This document shows, in pieces, positions 38,513 to 50,498 of a stretch of 64,000 nt of DNA. The stretch comes from Azolla caroliniana. Its lineage: Eukaryota; Plantae; Polypodiophyta. How positions within the stretch are numbered: position 1 is the first letter of the stretch; every line of letters begins with the position of its first letter. Position numbers and translations under genes: made by a program. The notes under the pieces were generated by a model. The model made no database searches. It was not told where the DNA came from and was given only the letters and a program-made list of their open reading frames with translations. The DNA lies in assembly GCA_043228905.1 (NCBI GenBank), contig JBHGNT010000013.1, positions 9,796,001 to 9,860,000 of the forward strand, in the 5' to 3' direction.

Positions 38513-41500
38513 TCATGACACTATCCTCCCTTTAAAACGACGAGTGTAACGAGTCGTTTTGGATTGAGGACCCGGTTTGTCTGGATATTGACGATGGAAG
38601 TCTTCAAGAAGAGCACGAGCATTGGTGACATTCTCTATCGGTTCCCAAGTACGCTCGCTGGGACTATATCCTAGCCAGTTGACTAGATAGTAGAGCTTGT
38701 TGCGAACAAGCTTGGAATTTAGGATGGCGGTAACCTCGTACTCAGGTCCATCTTTAAGATCGATCGGGGGTGGAGGCTGTGTAATACGTCCTGGGATGGT
38801 GCTTTCTTGATAGGGTTCGAGGAGAGAACTATGAAACACCGGATGTATCCGAAGTTGTGGAGGTAGATCAAGACGAAAAGCGACATCATTAATCTTTTCG
38901 ATAATACGGAAAGGACTTAATCGCCGATAATCCAACTTCCCGTATGGGCGAGTAGTCTTGATGTGTCGTTGGAGTAGCCATACCCGATCTCCAATGTTAA
39001 AACTAGATGGGAGTCGATGACGATCCGCATAAACCTTGTGTGTTTGTTGAGCTTGTTGGAGATGAGTAGATAAATCCGCTTGTATCTTGTGTAACCTCTC
39101 CAAACGATCCTCTACGCAAGGATTTGTGGACACCTCTGGGGTTTCAAGTACACACCACCGGGGGTGACATCCCATATAAGCATAAAATGGCGTAACTTTC
39201 GTGGATGCGTGGATAGAGTTGTTATAGGCAAATTCGGCGAAGTGGAGAATATCTGCCCAGTCATCCTGATGATAGCTGAGAAAGCACCGCAGATATTGCT
39301 CCAGCGTTTGATTGGTTCGTTCGGCTTGGCCGTCAGTTTGTGGGTGGTTGGCGGAGGAGAGGTTACAAGTGACCTTGAGCATGTTAAAAAGGTGCTTCCA
39401 GAATTTTGACACGAACTGGGGTCCACGGTCGCTGATGATACTATCGGGAAGTCCATGATGCCGACATACTTCACGCATGACAATTTCGGCAGTGTCTTCA
39501 CTGGAGATCTCCTTAGTACATGGCAAGAAATGAGCCATCTTCGTATATCGATCGACCACCGTTAGAATCGCATTGAACCCCTTAGAGACTGGAAGATTTG
39601 TGATGAAGTCTAGAGCAATGGATTGCCACGGCTTGCTTGGAATTGGTAATGGTTCTAATAAACCATATGGATGATGCCTTGGCATTTTTGCTCTATAGCA
39701 TGTATCACAAGTCCCAACAAAATCCTCGATAAATTGTCGCATACAGGGCCACCAGAATGATCGTTGTACTAAATGTAGTGTTTTAGTACTACCAAAATGC
39801 CCAGCTGTATATGTGTCATGACAGTTTTGTACTACTTGAAGGCGGAAAGAACCATTAGGAACATACAAAAGTTCTTTAAAGAAGAGTAATCCATCATGGT
39901 ATTTGAATTGCTGATAGTCCGTACCTGGTGGTTGCGACTGTGAACACGACGCTTGAGAGGGATCAATTTGTGCTAGTATAGCTTGGGCGAACGCATCTGT
40001 CTTCAAGTCTTCGCGTATGGTATCGATAATGCGGGAATCCATGGGCATGTCAAAGATCTTTGTTGCTTGTAGTCGTGCCGGTCCCAAGATGACTTGTTTT
40101 TTGTTATCGAAAGCTGGCTCGCCGGGACGGGGTGCTAGATACGAACGCCATGATAATGCATCTGCCTTCCCTTGGTGCTTTCCCGGACGATATGTAATTT
40201 TGAAGTCGAAACGCGTGAGGAAGTGGGCCCACCGAGCTTGACGTCGATTCAACACACGAGCATCCTGAAAGTAGGCAAGGTTCTTGTGATCACTAAATAC
40301 GGTGACCGTATGAGAGGATCCCTCCAGAAAATGCCTCCATTGCATAAAAGAATCCACTATTGCCAATAGCTCCTTATCATGAATTTCGTAGTTGATTTCG
40401 GCGGCGTCAAACTTGCGTGAGTGAAAAGCCACAGGATGTAGCTTCTCATCATTCCCCTGTTGTGACAGAATGCTCCCCAATGCAAAATCCGATGCGTCAA
40501 CTTCGATAATAAATGGTTTTTCCGGATTGACATGAGCTAGAATTCGAGCCGATGTAAATGCCTTTTTAAGACTTTCGAAAGCCACGTCCGTTTCTTCAGA
40601 CCAAATGAACGGTTGTCCCTTCTTGGTAAGTTGTGTGAGAGGTAGAATGATCTTTGAGTAATCTTGTATGAACTTCCGGTAAAAATTGGCAAAGCCTAGG
40701 AAGCATTGCACATCCCGCACCGAACGTGGAGTCTGCCATTCTACCACCGTTTTGACCTTAGGTGGGTCCATGGTGATGCCTTCTGACGAAATGATGTAGC
40801 CGAGAAATTCCACTTGGTTGCACCCGAAACTACATTTTTCCAGCTTTGCATACAGACCATGTTCTCGAAGTCGTTTTAGTACTAATAGTACATGAGAATC
40901 ATGTTCTTCTTGGGTCTTTGAATAAACTAGTAGATCATCCAAATAGATGATCAAACAATCATCCAATAGATCTCGGAATATATCATTAGCCATGTGCTGG
41001 AAGACTGCCGGTGCATTAGTGAGGCTGAACGGCATGACCGTATACTCGAAGTGCCCATATTTGGTGCGAAACGCGGTCTTCCATTCGTCTCCTGGTCGGA
41101 TCCGTACGAGGTTATATGCTCCCCGTAAGTCGATCTTCGTGAAGAACCTGGCACCATTGATCGGTTCTAAAAGACTTGAGATAAGGGGAAGAGCATACCT
41201 ATTCCTGATTGTAACATTATTCAGGCCACGGTAATCTACAACAAGACGAAGCGATCCATCCTTTTTCTTGACGAAGAAAATGGGCGCACTGGCTGGAGAT
41301 TTCGAATGCCGGATGAAACCATTTTCCAAATTCTCCTCTATATAGGCCCGAAGGACTTCCAGGTCGATTGGTGACAAATTGTAGATCGGTCCCCATGGCG
41401 GCTCTTTTCCCGGTTGTAAATTGATGGGGCAATCGTACGGTCGATGATGAGGAAGTGTGTTGGCTTGTACTTTATCGAACACATCGGCGTAATGAAGATA

Positions 41501-41839
41501 CTTCTCGGGAAGTTGAACGGTGGATCCTTCTTTAGTGGTGCTGGAGGGGTTTACTGATATTGCAAAGAGGAACATTTCCTCCTTGTGCCCTTCTTTACGC
41601 AACTGACGTAGTGAAATGGTTGCCATCTTCTGAGTTGACCCTTGGGTTTGTCGGCACCGGATTTCTCTTGTTCTCCAATCTATGTATGGGTTATGTAACT
41701 CGAACCACGGTAATCGTAAAACCATGGGATGTTCTGGGATTCTAATAATATTAAATGATACTACACATGCTAAGTTATCTAGGACAATATTAATGGGCTC
41801 TGATTCTTCTATGATATTTCCGGAAGCAATGGGACGTCC
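38513..41839 (-). CDS. Uninterrupted pol ORF of chromovirus copy 1 (C-terminal half of protease, RT, RNase H, integrase, chromodomain)
   Basis: TKIDLRGAYNLVRI, IYLDDLLVYS, EVDASDFA, IHDKELLAI, ADALS, H..H..CDTC, ALDFI, ISDRG, GQAER, EYEVTAIL..YYLVNWLGYSPSERTWEP. The catalytic protease motif (LLDFGANSCF, ~42660) is cut off by a solo LTR. Confidence 0.9.
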   Translation of the reverse strand, partial: GRPIASGNIIEESEPINIVLDNLACVVSFNIIRIPEHPMVLRLPWFELHNPYIDWRTREIRCRQTQGSTQKMATISLRQLRKEGHKEEMFLFAISVNPSSTTKEGSTVQLPEKYLHYADVFDKVQANTLPHHRPYDCPINLQPGKEPPWGPIYNLSPIDLEVLRAYIEENLENGFIRHSKSPASAPIFFVKKKDGSLRLVVDYRGLNNVTIRNRYALPLISSLLEPINGARFFTKIDLRGAYNLVRIRPGDEWKTAFRTKYGHFEYTVMPFSLTNAPAVFQHMANDIFRDLLDDCLIIYLDDLLVYSKTQEEHDSHVLLVLKRLREHGLYAKLEKCSFGCNQVEFLGYIISSEGITMDPPKVKTVVEWQTPRSVRDVQCFLGFANFYRKFIQDYSKIILPLTQLTKKGQPFIWSEETDVAFESLKKAFTSARILAHVNPEKPFIIEVDASDFALGSILSQQGNDEKLHPVAFHSRKFDAAEINYEIHDKELLAIVDSFMQWRHFLEGSSHTVTVFSDHKNLAYFQDARVLNRRQARWAHFLTRFDFKITYRPGKHQGKADALSWRSYLAPRPGEPAFDNKKQVILGPARLQATKIFDMPMDSRIIDTIREDLKTDAFAQAILAQIDPSQASCSQSQPPGTDYQQFKYHDGLLFFKELLYVPNGSFRLQVVQNCHDTYTAGHFGSTKTLHLVQRSFWWPCMRQFIEDFVGTCDTCYRAKMPRHHPYGLLEPLPIPSKPWQSIALDFITNLPVSKGFNAILTVVDRYTKMAHFLPCTKEISSEDTAEIVMREVCRHHGLPDSIISDRGPQFVSKFWKHLFNMLKVTCNLSSANHPQTDGQAERTNQTLEQYLRCFLSYHQDDWADILHFAEFAYNNSIHASTKVTPFYAYMGCHPRWCVLETPEVSTNPCVEDRLERLHKIQADLSTHLQQAQQTHKVYADRHRLPSSFNIGDRVWLLQRHIKTTRPYGKLDYRRLSPFRIIEKINDVAFRLDLPPQLRIHPVFHSSLLEPYQESTIPGRITQPPPPIDLKDGPEYEVTAILNSKLVRNKLYYLVNWLGYSPSERTWEPIENVTNARALLEDFHRQYPDKPGPQSKTTRYTRRFKGRIVS

Positions 41840-42558
41840 TGACGGGAACTCAAGGCTCCTTATGCACAACGCTCGGCCACAACCGAGCTTAGAATCATAC
41901 AGAGAAAACAGGAAACGAAAACACGCGACACAAAGGAGAAGAAAAATGTACATAGGATGTTTACGTGGAAAACCCAAACTAAGGGAAAAACCACGGCAAC
42001 CCACAGGCTGCCAACTATCGCTATGTTAGAATGTGCAACAGTGAGTTCACGGAGGCAACGACCTCGTGCTCACGATCCTCGCCACAGGCGGCGGTTACAA
42101 CAGAGGCTACGACCTATTCCTCTCTCTCTCTCTGTACATTGTTACGTGCTCTCTCTTCTTCTTGCACCAACAAGAAATGACAACAACAACAGCAGTAATC
42201 TAAAAGTTTGCCCTAAGTCATATTTATACTAATATGACTTTTCAGCTATTTACAAATATAGCCTCGATGGACTCTCAGAAACATATTTACGAATATGTCT
42301 CTTCATCGAATGCTCACCGGGTCTGCACCATCCGGCTCTCCGTAACCGGGTACTCCTCATCCGGTTCTCACCGGGTCTGCACCATCCGGCTGTCCGTAGC
42401 CGGGTACTCCTCATCTGGTCTTCACCGGGTCTGCAACCATCCGGCTCTCCGTAGCCGGGTACTCCTCATCCGGTCTTCACCGGGTCTGCACCACCCGGCT
42501 CTCCGTAGCCGGGTACTCGTCATACGGTTTCCCATCCGGAGGGACCTATCTCCCAACA
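41840..42558 (-). mobile_element. Solo LTR (719 bp) with four 54-bp repeats, TSD CGTCC
   Basis: Minus strand TGTTGGGAGA..CCCGTCA; identical 5-bp TSD; TATAAATA at 42221-42228; homologous to the LTR at 63476. Confidence 0.9.
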
Positions 42559-42788
42559 CGTCCATCAATGACTACTACAGAGGCTGGACACTGTAGTCTT
42601 CTTAGGGATATCTTATGAGCTGGAGCAAATTTCTTATCCATAAAGCAAGAGTTAGCTCCAAAATCTAGGAGTGCTAGGACATGTACTAGAGGGGTACTTT
42701 TAGTACTAACTATTACTTGGGCTACGAACACATCACTAACTTGCTTAGAGGAAATGGAACCACTAATGGGCTGCATAGATCTAGGGCT

Positions 42789-42833
42789 GTCCAACCAAAC
42801 GGCTCTTATTTTGGCTGGACTTAGTCGTTTAAC
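42789..42833 (-). promoter_or_regulatory. Putative -1 frameshift cassette at the gag/pol junction (copy 1; also at 63404-63448 + in copy 2)
   Basis: G_TTA_AAC, a 6-nt spacer containing the gag stop, then an 11-bp stem GTCCAGCCAAA/TTTGGTTGGAC. The -1 frame reads RLSPAKIRAVWLDSPRSMQP into the protease. Confidence 0.75.
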
Positions 42834-43480
42834 TCTTTCTTTAATTGACTAAGGACATCAAATCTGTTTGCTAGATTTGGGCTATTAGTACTATTAGGAC
42901 TATCAGATATCCCTACTGAAATAGGCTCGGGTTTAGTACAATTAGAACTAGCGACTATTTGGTTTACCTGTCTTCTTGGCCTATGGGGGCAATTTATTGC
43001 AATATGTCCTGGTCCACCGCAGTAAGACATAGTCGATTTGTACGACGTCGTTGCTTTTCTTCTTCGGATAATGGCCCTCGACGACGTGTAGTGTCAATCT
43101 CCATCGGAGTCGGAGTATTCACTGGAGGCGCATTATATGACTCCCTCGGAAAAGGTCTTGCTACCACTGAGGCGTACGTGGGCTCTGATCTTGCCCACGG
43201 CATCTGTAGTTGTCGTTCCGAACGTCGCTCAAAGAGGCGGTTGTCACATCTCACTGCGCGACTAATTGCTTCTGTTAAGGACTTTGGCTCTTCGGGGAAG
43301 GTCAAGAGTAAATCCTTGACGTCGTTGCGTAAACCATAACGAAATTGCTCCATCAATGCTTGATCATCCCAAGGGATATCGGCGGCGAGTAGTCGAAAAT
43401 CTGCAGCATATGCAGAGGTTGGACGGTCACCTTGGCGTAATCGCCGAATTTTGTTGATTGCGGTCCTGATGCTGTCAGTA

Positions 43481-46400
43481 TGTTACGGGCATGACCATAT
43501 AATATCCCGTGGTAAGAATTTACCGTAGTATTCTATACACGTGGATAAGTGTGAGGGTTAAACGAGAGTGTAAAGAAGGGGAGGATTACTTTTAATCCTC
43601 GGGATTGAGACAACCCATTAGGTCAAGTGTGAACTTGCCTGGGGGCCTTGGGTATCGCTATAAATAAGAGGCCTAGCTACCCTCATTTGATCATCTTTTG
43701 ACTACATCGAGACTCTGCTCGTGTGGTGGGTCAACTCTTGTAGCGAGCGCGCCAGCACCAGGTACGACTCGACGCCACGACGGTGGTATGGGACGCCGAT
43801 CGAGGCTCGAGTCCGTCTCGATCCCTTCGCTCGGGGGTGGTCGGGTGGATTGGCACCCTTCTTTCTCTTTCTCCTTTCTATCTTTCATTTCTTTATCCTT
43901 ATCTTAAGCTTACCTTAGTACCTAGATCTATAATATTTGGTATCAGATTTTTGTACTAATTTTTCTTTGTTTTTCATTTGTCTTTTGATTGATGCTGATC
44001 GATCGTTGTGCGGTTGGCCTTGATCCAGACAACGATCAACAAAGAACTTCGGTAACTCTTTCCATAATTTTTCTTTCTATTCTCTCTTCTCCCATCAAAT
44101 CATGTGTTTAGTTTATATGTAATTTTTTTCATTAAATCAATGATGTTGTAGTGGTCTTTAATTGATTATCTAAAACGTTTACATATGTGCACGAGGTCAA
44201 TACCTCGTTTGACATATTAATAATATGTGATGAGTGTCGTATGCGTACGAGGTTAATACCTCAATTACGTATTACTTTCACAAACATATGTTACGTTTGC
44301 GTATGAGTTTAATACCTTGATTTGTTGTAAACGATATGCGGTTGGTCTCGTATGCGTAAGAGGTCAATACTTCAATTGCGTGTTACGATGATCTCTTATT
44401 TGTGGATGTTTCGTGTGCGTAGAGGTATATACCTCGATTACGTATCTCGATCACATCATTTGTGGCTATTTACTATAACGATATGTTTAATATAGGCATA
44501 TGTGGTCACATATATACGTATTTGATCGTATATATGTGATAAGTAAACATATGTGTATATTCGTTATTACATGATTATATCGAAAGTTGTCATGGTCGGG
44601 AAAAGGATGTTGGTGGCCGTCCTTACATTTTTGTGAGAATGGCGTTGTCACCATCCCTTTTTCAACATTTTTTTATTGTTGATAACCCCGTTGACGACCT
44701 CGATTTCGTTACGTAAAGAAACGCCAATAGGCAAAATGATGTTGAGTACGTAGGGCTTGACCCACTTCAAGTGAGGTCGCTCCAGTGACGCACGTATCCA
44801 ACATCCCTCCCTCGTTACATGGATACGATGCCACCATGAGCTCGTTCTTACGAGAGGCATTCGTAATGACGTGACCATGTGATGGCCCACGTGAGCCTAC
44901 TACGAAACAAGGGCTCATTTGGCTTGACCATTAGGTTGCACTTTGGCGTATGCCATCGTAATTACGAGACTTGAGGTTAGGTAACGTACCAACATAGTTT
45001 TGGTAAATGAGGGCGAAATAAGGACCCTTGACATATCTGTTTTTTTTTAAAAACATATATGATCAATTGCCTCGCATATCTCTTATACGCATCAAACATT
45101 AAACATTCGAGAAGAGCAACTTACTTGGTTGGCTCAAGTGTTTAATGTATTTGTTCTCGAGGTCTCGAGTTCAAATATGACCAAGACCATACAACATCCT
45201 TGATACATATGACTATAACACATGTTTAGACTTAAGGTCTAAGTGCACCTCGGGGTCCTCGTAATAGGACTTAAAGAGCCGAAACCACTTATGTGGGCAC
45301 CGAAACATAGTTTATTGTTAACATTTTTTTCGTGTATAAACTATTCATGACGCGAACATACATGGTTGAGCCTCGGGGAGCCACCATGAAAAAATCGATA
45401 TAGAGATCAGGGAAAGACATTTATTTGTCACCCCCATGGTTTTTAAAACACCTTTGTGTTACCATAGTAACCTGATCTTGAACCTCATCTCATACGTCTA
45501 GAGGGGTATTGACATGAGATAATGATATCGATTAATGCTCGCCCATGATATGTTTACATCACGACATGATGTTATGACTATATCTCTGACCTTATCCTAT
45601 TTCTTTTCCAGAAATAATCTTTAATGTCTCAAATTAACGACCCGATGTCATCCGCTCAAGCGGAAGGAACTCAAGGGAATCCTCCTGGACAAATGTCCAC
45701 TGAGATGTATTTGGCACAAATAACCCAATACCTTAGTTTCACCGCTCAACAGATGACCGAACTTCGGCAATCTCAGAGTGCTCTTGAAGCACGTGTCATT
45801 AGTCTACAACGTGAGACTAATAGACCTGATGAGCGACAAGGTGAACCATCATTTGTCGTTAAGCCATTTACGGGAGACAAAAAGGAAAGAACCGAAGAAG
45901 CAATCTGCACATGGCTGGGACGATGGGAGTCTCATTTTGAGCTCTATCCCACACCAGATAGTACGAAGATTGCATATGTCGGCCGAGAACTCGGGGGTAA
46001 GGCCGCCGCCTGGTGGCGTGGGCTCCGTACTATGGGGAAATTGCCCGATACCTGGACAGATTTTGTCACGGTTTTTAAGGGCCAATTTCTGCAACCTCCC
46101 TCTCGAACCGAGGCAGCACAAGCTTTAATGAACCTCTCTAGCAGGAAATTTTCCTCGCTAGAAGACTATGTTCACCATGCTAGAACCCAAATCCAAAAAT
46201 CGGGTCTAGAAGGGGACAATTGGTTGATAGCTTGTTTTGTCAATGGCATCCCCAATTCGGACTATCACTGGATAGTGCACGATAAGGATCCAAAATCCTT
46301 CGAAGAGGCCGTTGAAATAGTTCTTCGCTATCAACGCACTTCGAAGAAGGACCATAACAAACCCAACGAAGCGCCCGGGACTAAGCAGTCGCAATTTGTT

Positions 46401-49400
46401 GGGAAACGCAAGACACCCAACGAATTCCTGGATCGCGATTGTAAGCGACAACATCCTTTTTGTGTATTCTGCAAAAAGAAGGGTCATACAAAAGATCAAT
46501 GTCGAAAGCTCCAACGGAAAGAGCACGACAACAAAGCTAAAGCTGCAGACCATAAAGGTCAGATTCCTAATGTCCTTCAGGTCTATACACATCATTTAAG
46601 TAATTGTCAATGTTCTTTCCCTCACTATGTATTGGGTCCCAATGATTTACTACGTGCAAACGGGTATATCAATGGATCTCCCGTACAATTTTTATTTGAT
46701 TCGGGAAGCTCGCACAATTTTGTGAATGATCGTTTGGTTCAGATATGGGGAATCCAACCCACCGTAAGTGATCACACCTACACGGTGCACTTGGCTGATG
46801 GAAGAGTACAATACATCAACGGGGCGATTCATTCATTAGGAATTTCTATTGATACTTATATAGAGGAAGTAGACTTCCATGTAATGAATCTTTGTACCAC
46901 CGATGTAATACTGGGTTATCCCTGGTTTTATAATAAAAACTCTTCTTTATTGATTGATTGGGTTCGTCATTCCATTTCTTTTGTACTGAACGATTGTACG
47001 CATTTTATTCAATGTGTAAAAAAAAAATCCCTCTCGATTGTTTCCTCGTGTCCATCAATATCCGAGTTGTCTTGTTCTACGTTATTTTATTGTGTACTTG
47101 ATCCGGACATTCACGTTTACAATATCGATAATGTCCCGATTCAATTAACATATTTTGAACAACAACAACTTGATGAAATCTTAAATGATTTTCATGATGT
47201 TTTTCCAAGTGAACTACCTGATGGGTTACCTCCTAAACGTAATATAGACCATCGTATAGATATTGTACCTGGTGTTGCACCAATAAGTATACCTCCGTAT
47301 CGCTTAAGTCGATCCGAAGAAGATGAGGTATCTAAGCAACTCAAGGACTATTTACGAATGGGTTATATACGTTATAGTAAATTTCCATGGGGTGCACCAG
47401 TTCTCTTGGTTAAAAAGAAAGAGGGCACATGGCGTATGTGTATTAATTACCGACGCTTGAATAAAGTGACGATCAAGAATTCGTATCCATTGCCCCGGGC
47501 TGACGATCTAATTGACCGTCTCCAGGGAGCTCGGTATTTTACGAAACTTGATCTCCGTACTGGCTACCATCAAATACGAATAAGTGAGGACGATGTTCCT
47601 AAAACGGCATTTCGTACGCGCTATGGCCATTACGAGTTTTTGGTTATGCCTTTTGGTTTGACCAATGCTCCGACTACTTTTCAACAAGAAATGAATGACA
47701 TTTTCCGAGAACAACTTGGAAAATTTGTCGTTATTTTCTTGGATGATATTTTAGTTTATAGCCGTACATTACAAGAACATGCTAGACATGTCCGCTTTGT
47801 TTTACAAACGTTGTGTGACAAACAGTTTTATGCGAAGATCTCAAAATGTGAGTTCTTCAGGAAATCAATTACTTATCTAGGACATCTCATAACCGAACGA
47901 GGAGTTGAAATTGATCCTTCTCGCATTGAGAAAATCAAGCTTTGGCCCACTCTTCGGAATATTCGAGAAGTTCGATCATTCCTTGGTTTTGTGGTGTTTT
48001 TGCGAAAGTCTCTTCGTAATTACTCCCAATTGACGACGCCGTTTACTGATCTTTTAAAAGGTCAAACGCGTAAGTCTACAAAACCTATTGTGTGGAATGC
48101 TACACTAGACCTTGCCTTTAAGGAACTCAAGGACCTGGTTTGCAAGGCTCCTTCACTTCTTTTACCCGATCCTTCAAAACCTTTTGAGGTTGAAACCGAT
48201 GCAAGCGATTATGCTATAGGTGCTGTCTTGTATCAAGATGGTAAACCAATAGCATTCGAGAGTAAGAAACTTGATTCTGCTCAATGTCGGTATACCGTTC
48301 AAGAAAAGGAATTATTTGCAGTTATACATGCGCTCAAAACATGGCGCCATTATCTTTATGGAAATCACTTTGTGGTAACTACGAACCACGAGTCCTTGAA
48401 ATATTTTTGTGACCAACAAGACCTGAAAGGTCGTAAGGCACGATGGGCTGATCTCATCCAGGACTTTGATTTTTCCATACGATATCGTAAAGGTTCCATG
48501 AACACTGTCGCTGATGCACTAAGTCGCATCCGTGAAGTTAACATGCTTAGCTTCACTGCAATATCATCAGATCTTTATGATCACCTTCGAGGAAAGTATC
48601 CTGATGACAGTTATTTCGCAAAATACTGGGCAAGAGTTGAGTCTGGAACAGACACCACCACATCCTCGAAGGAATACTTCCACATTGCTAACGGTTTGCT
48701 CTACCGTAATGGGAAGGTTTGTGTTCCAGATTTACCCGAGGTCAAAAAGAGGATTCTTTTTGAATGCCATGATGCACCCTCCGCAGGGCACCCTGGAATA
48801 CATCGTACACTCGTTCTCATCTCCACTCAATTTTATTGGCCTAAGATGCGTCCTGACATACATAACTATGTGACTAAATGTCACCAGTGTCAGGTTAACA
48901 AAGCCGAGCGACTTAAAGCCGCAGGACTTTTACATCCCCTGGACATTCCCAATAATAAGTGGGAAAGTATATCCATGGATTTTATTGTTAGCCTTCCTCG
49001 CACCCAAAAAGGTCATGATGCCATCTGGGTTGTCGTTGATCGACTAACTAAAATGGCCAGATTTATTGCTACTAAAACCACGGTAACAGCTCCTGAATTG
49101 GCTTACCAATTCGTTGACGCATTGTTTCGTTTTTATGGGTTACCGATGGATATCGTGAGTGATCGAGATCCAAAGTTTACTAGTGACTTCTGGACACAAG
49201 TCTTTAAGAAGTTAGAAACTACGTTGAGCATGAGCTCCACGGATCATCCTCAATCCGATGGACAGACAGAACGAGTAAATCAAATTATTGAGGACATGCT
49301 TCGAGCATACGTTGGTGCAAAACCAACAAAATGGGAACGTTATCTCCCAATTTTGGAGTTTGCTAATAACAGCTCTAAGCATACGTCGACGGGATATAGT

Positions 49401-50498
49401 CCTTTTATGTTGATGTATGGTTTTCAGCCACGAGCCCCGATTGATGTTAATATACATCATGATGAGTTGCGAAGTACGCAAAACTTTCTTCGGGATATGC
49501 AAGATATGTTGCATATTGCACGAGATAATATAAAAACAGCTCAAGATAGAGCGCGTTTTTATGCCGATCATCATAGGCAACCTCGTGTATTCAACCCTGG
49601 ACAGAAGGTATTTTTACGTGTACATCACAATTCTAAGACATTGTCTACGGGTAAGTGCGCTAAGTTAGCCCCACGGTTTTGTGGACCTTTTACAGTCCTC
49701 AAACGCATTGGGTCATCAGCCTATCGTCTCGCTCTTCCCGATGGTGTCGGAATTCATCCAGTCTTTCATGTGAATCGTCTAAAAGAACTTCTAGGTTCTG
49801 GCGACAATATAGTTACGACTGAAACTCTGGTTACTTCTGAAGAATTATCTTCTAAACCACATGTACCAGAAAGAATTCTCGATGTTAAAACAAAAAAATT
49901 ACGTACTAAAGAAATCCGAGAATTTAAAATAAAATGGATGGATAAATCAATAAAAGATGCCACATGGGAACGCGAAAATACTCTTAGAACTAACTTCCCT
50001 AACTTTCCATTGCAAGAGTGCAATGTTTTAAAGAGGGGGAGTATGTTACGGGCATGACCATATAATATCCCGTGGTAAGAATTTACCGTAGTATTCTATA
50101 CACGTGGATAAGTGTGAGGGTTAAACGAGAGTGTAAAGAAGGGGAGGATTACTTTTAATCCTCGGGATTGAGACAACCCATTAGGTCAAGTGTGAACTTG
50201 CCTGGGGGCCTTGGGTATCGCTATAAATAAGAGGCCTAGCTACCCTCATTTGATCATCTTTTGACTACATCGAGACTCTGCTCGTGTGGTGGGTCAACTC
50301 TTGTAGCGAGCGCGCCAGCACCAGGTACGACTCGACGCCACGGCGGTGGTATGGGACGCCGATTGAGGCTCGAGTCCGTCTCGATCCCTTCGCTCGGGGG
50401 TGGTCGGGTGGATCGGCACCCTTCTTTCTCTTTCTCCTTTCTATCTTTCATTTCTTTATCCTTATCTTAAGCTTACCTTAGTACCTAGATCTATAATA
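43481..50498 (+). mobile_element. Very young chromovirus (Galadriel-like): LTRs 43481-43935 and 50044-50498, TG..TA termini, TSD CAGTA, PBS-Met
   Basis: The 455-bp LTRs differ at 3 positions that I could find; TGGTATCAGA at 43938; PPT AAAGAGGGGGAG; perfect TSD. It is inserted in the gag of chromovirus copy 1. Confidence 0.95.
45624..50057 (+). CDS. Single gag-pol polyprotein (1477 aa): gag, CCHC, protease, RT, RNase H, integrase, chromodomain
   Basis: [14 protein letters not shown]; [10 protein letters not shown]; FLDDILVYS; [27 protein letters not shown]; YTVQEKEL; SMDFI/IVSDRD/GQTER; GPF; PERILD..FKIKW..ATWE. Confidence 0.95.
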   Translation: MSQINDPMSSAQAEGTQGNPPGQMSTEMYLAQITQYLSFTAQQMTELRQSQSALEARVISLQRETNRPDERQGEPSFVVKPFTGDKKERTEEAICTWLGRWESHFELYPTPDSTKIAYVGRELGGKAAAWWRGLRTMGKLPDTWTDFVTVFKGQFLQPPSRTEAAQALMNLSSRKFSSLEDYVHHARTQIQKSGLEGDNWLIACFVNGIPNSDYHWIVHDKDPKSFEEAVEIVLRYQRTSKKDHNKPNEAPGTKQSQFVGKRKTPNEFLDRDCKRQHPFCVFCKKKGHTKDQCRKLQRKEHDNKAKAADHKGQIPNVLQVYTHHLSNCQCSFPHYVLGPNDLLRANGYINGSPVQFLFDSGSSHNFVNDRLVQIWGIQPTVSDHTYTVHLADGRVQYINGAIHSLGISIDTYIEEVDFHVMNLCTTDVILGYPWFYNKNSSLLIDWVRHSISFVLNDCTHFIQCVKKKSLSIVSSCPSISELSCSTLFYCVLDPDIHVYNIDNVPIQLTYFEQQQLDEILNDFHDVFPSELPDGLPPKRNIDHRIDIVPGVAPISIPPYRLSRSEEDEVSKQLKDYLRMGYIRYSKFPWGAPVLLVKKKEGTWRMCINYRRLNKVTIKNSYPLPRADDLIDRLQGARYFTKLDLRTGYHQIRISEDDVPKTAFRTRYGHYEFLVMPFGLTNAPTTFQQEMNDIFREQLGKFVVIFLDDILVYSRTLQEHARHVRFVLQTLCDKQFYAKISKCEFFRKSITYLGHLITERGVEIDPSRIEKIKLWPTLRNIREVRSFLGFVVFLRKSLRNYSQLTTPFTDLLKGQTRKSTKPIVWNATLDLAFKELKDLVCKAPSLLLPDPSKPFEVETDASDYAIGAVLYQDGKPIAFESKKLDSAQCRYTVQEKELFAVIHALKTWRHYLYGNHFVVTTNHESLKYFCDQQDLKGRKARWADLIQDFDFSIRYRKGSMNTVADALSRIREVNMLSFTAISSDLYDHLRGKYPDDSYFAKYWARVESGTDTTTSSKEYFHIANGLLYRNGKVCVPDLPEVKKRILFECHDAPSAGHPGIHRTLVLISTQFYWPKMRPDIHNYVTKCHQCQVNKAERLKAAGLLHPLDIPNNKWESISMDFIVSLPRTQKGHDAIWVVVDRLTKMARFIATKTTVTAPELAYQFVDALFRFYGLPMDIVSDRDPKFTSDFWTQVFKKLETTLSMSSTDHPQSDGQTERVNQIIEDMLRAYVGAKPTKWERYLPILEFANNSSKHTSTGYSPFMLMYGFQPRAPIDVNIHHDELRSTQNFLRDMQDMLHIARDNIKTAQDRARFYADHHRQPRVFNPGQKVFLRVHHNSKTLSTGKCAKLAPRFCGPFTVLKRIGSSAYRLALPDGVGIHPVFHVNRLKELLGSGDNIVTTETLVTSEELSSKPHVPERILDVKTKKLRTKEIREFKIKWMDKSIKDATWERENTLRTNFPNFPLQECNVLKRGSMLRA

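Noticed and set aside
38445-38520. A bona fide tRNA gene
   Set aside because: It has A/B boxes but no proper acceptor or anticodon stem and is part of an LTR; reported only as a tRNA-like module.
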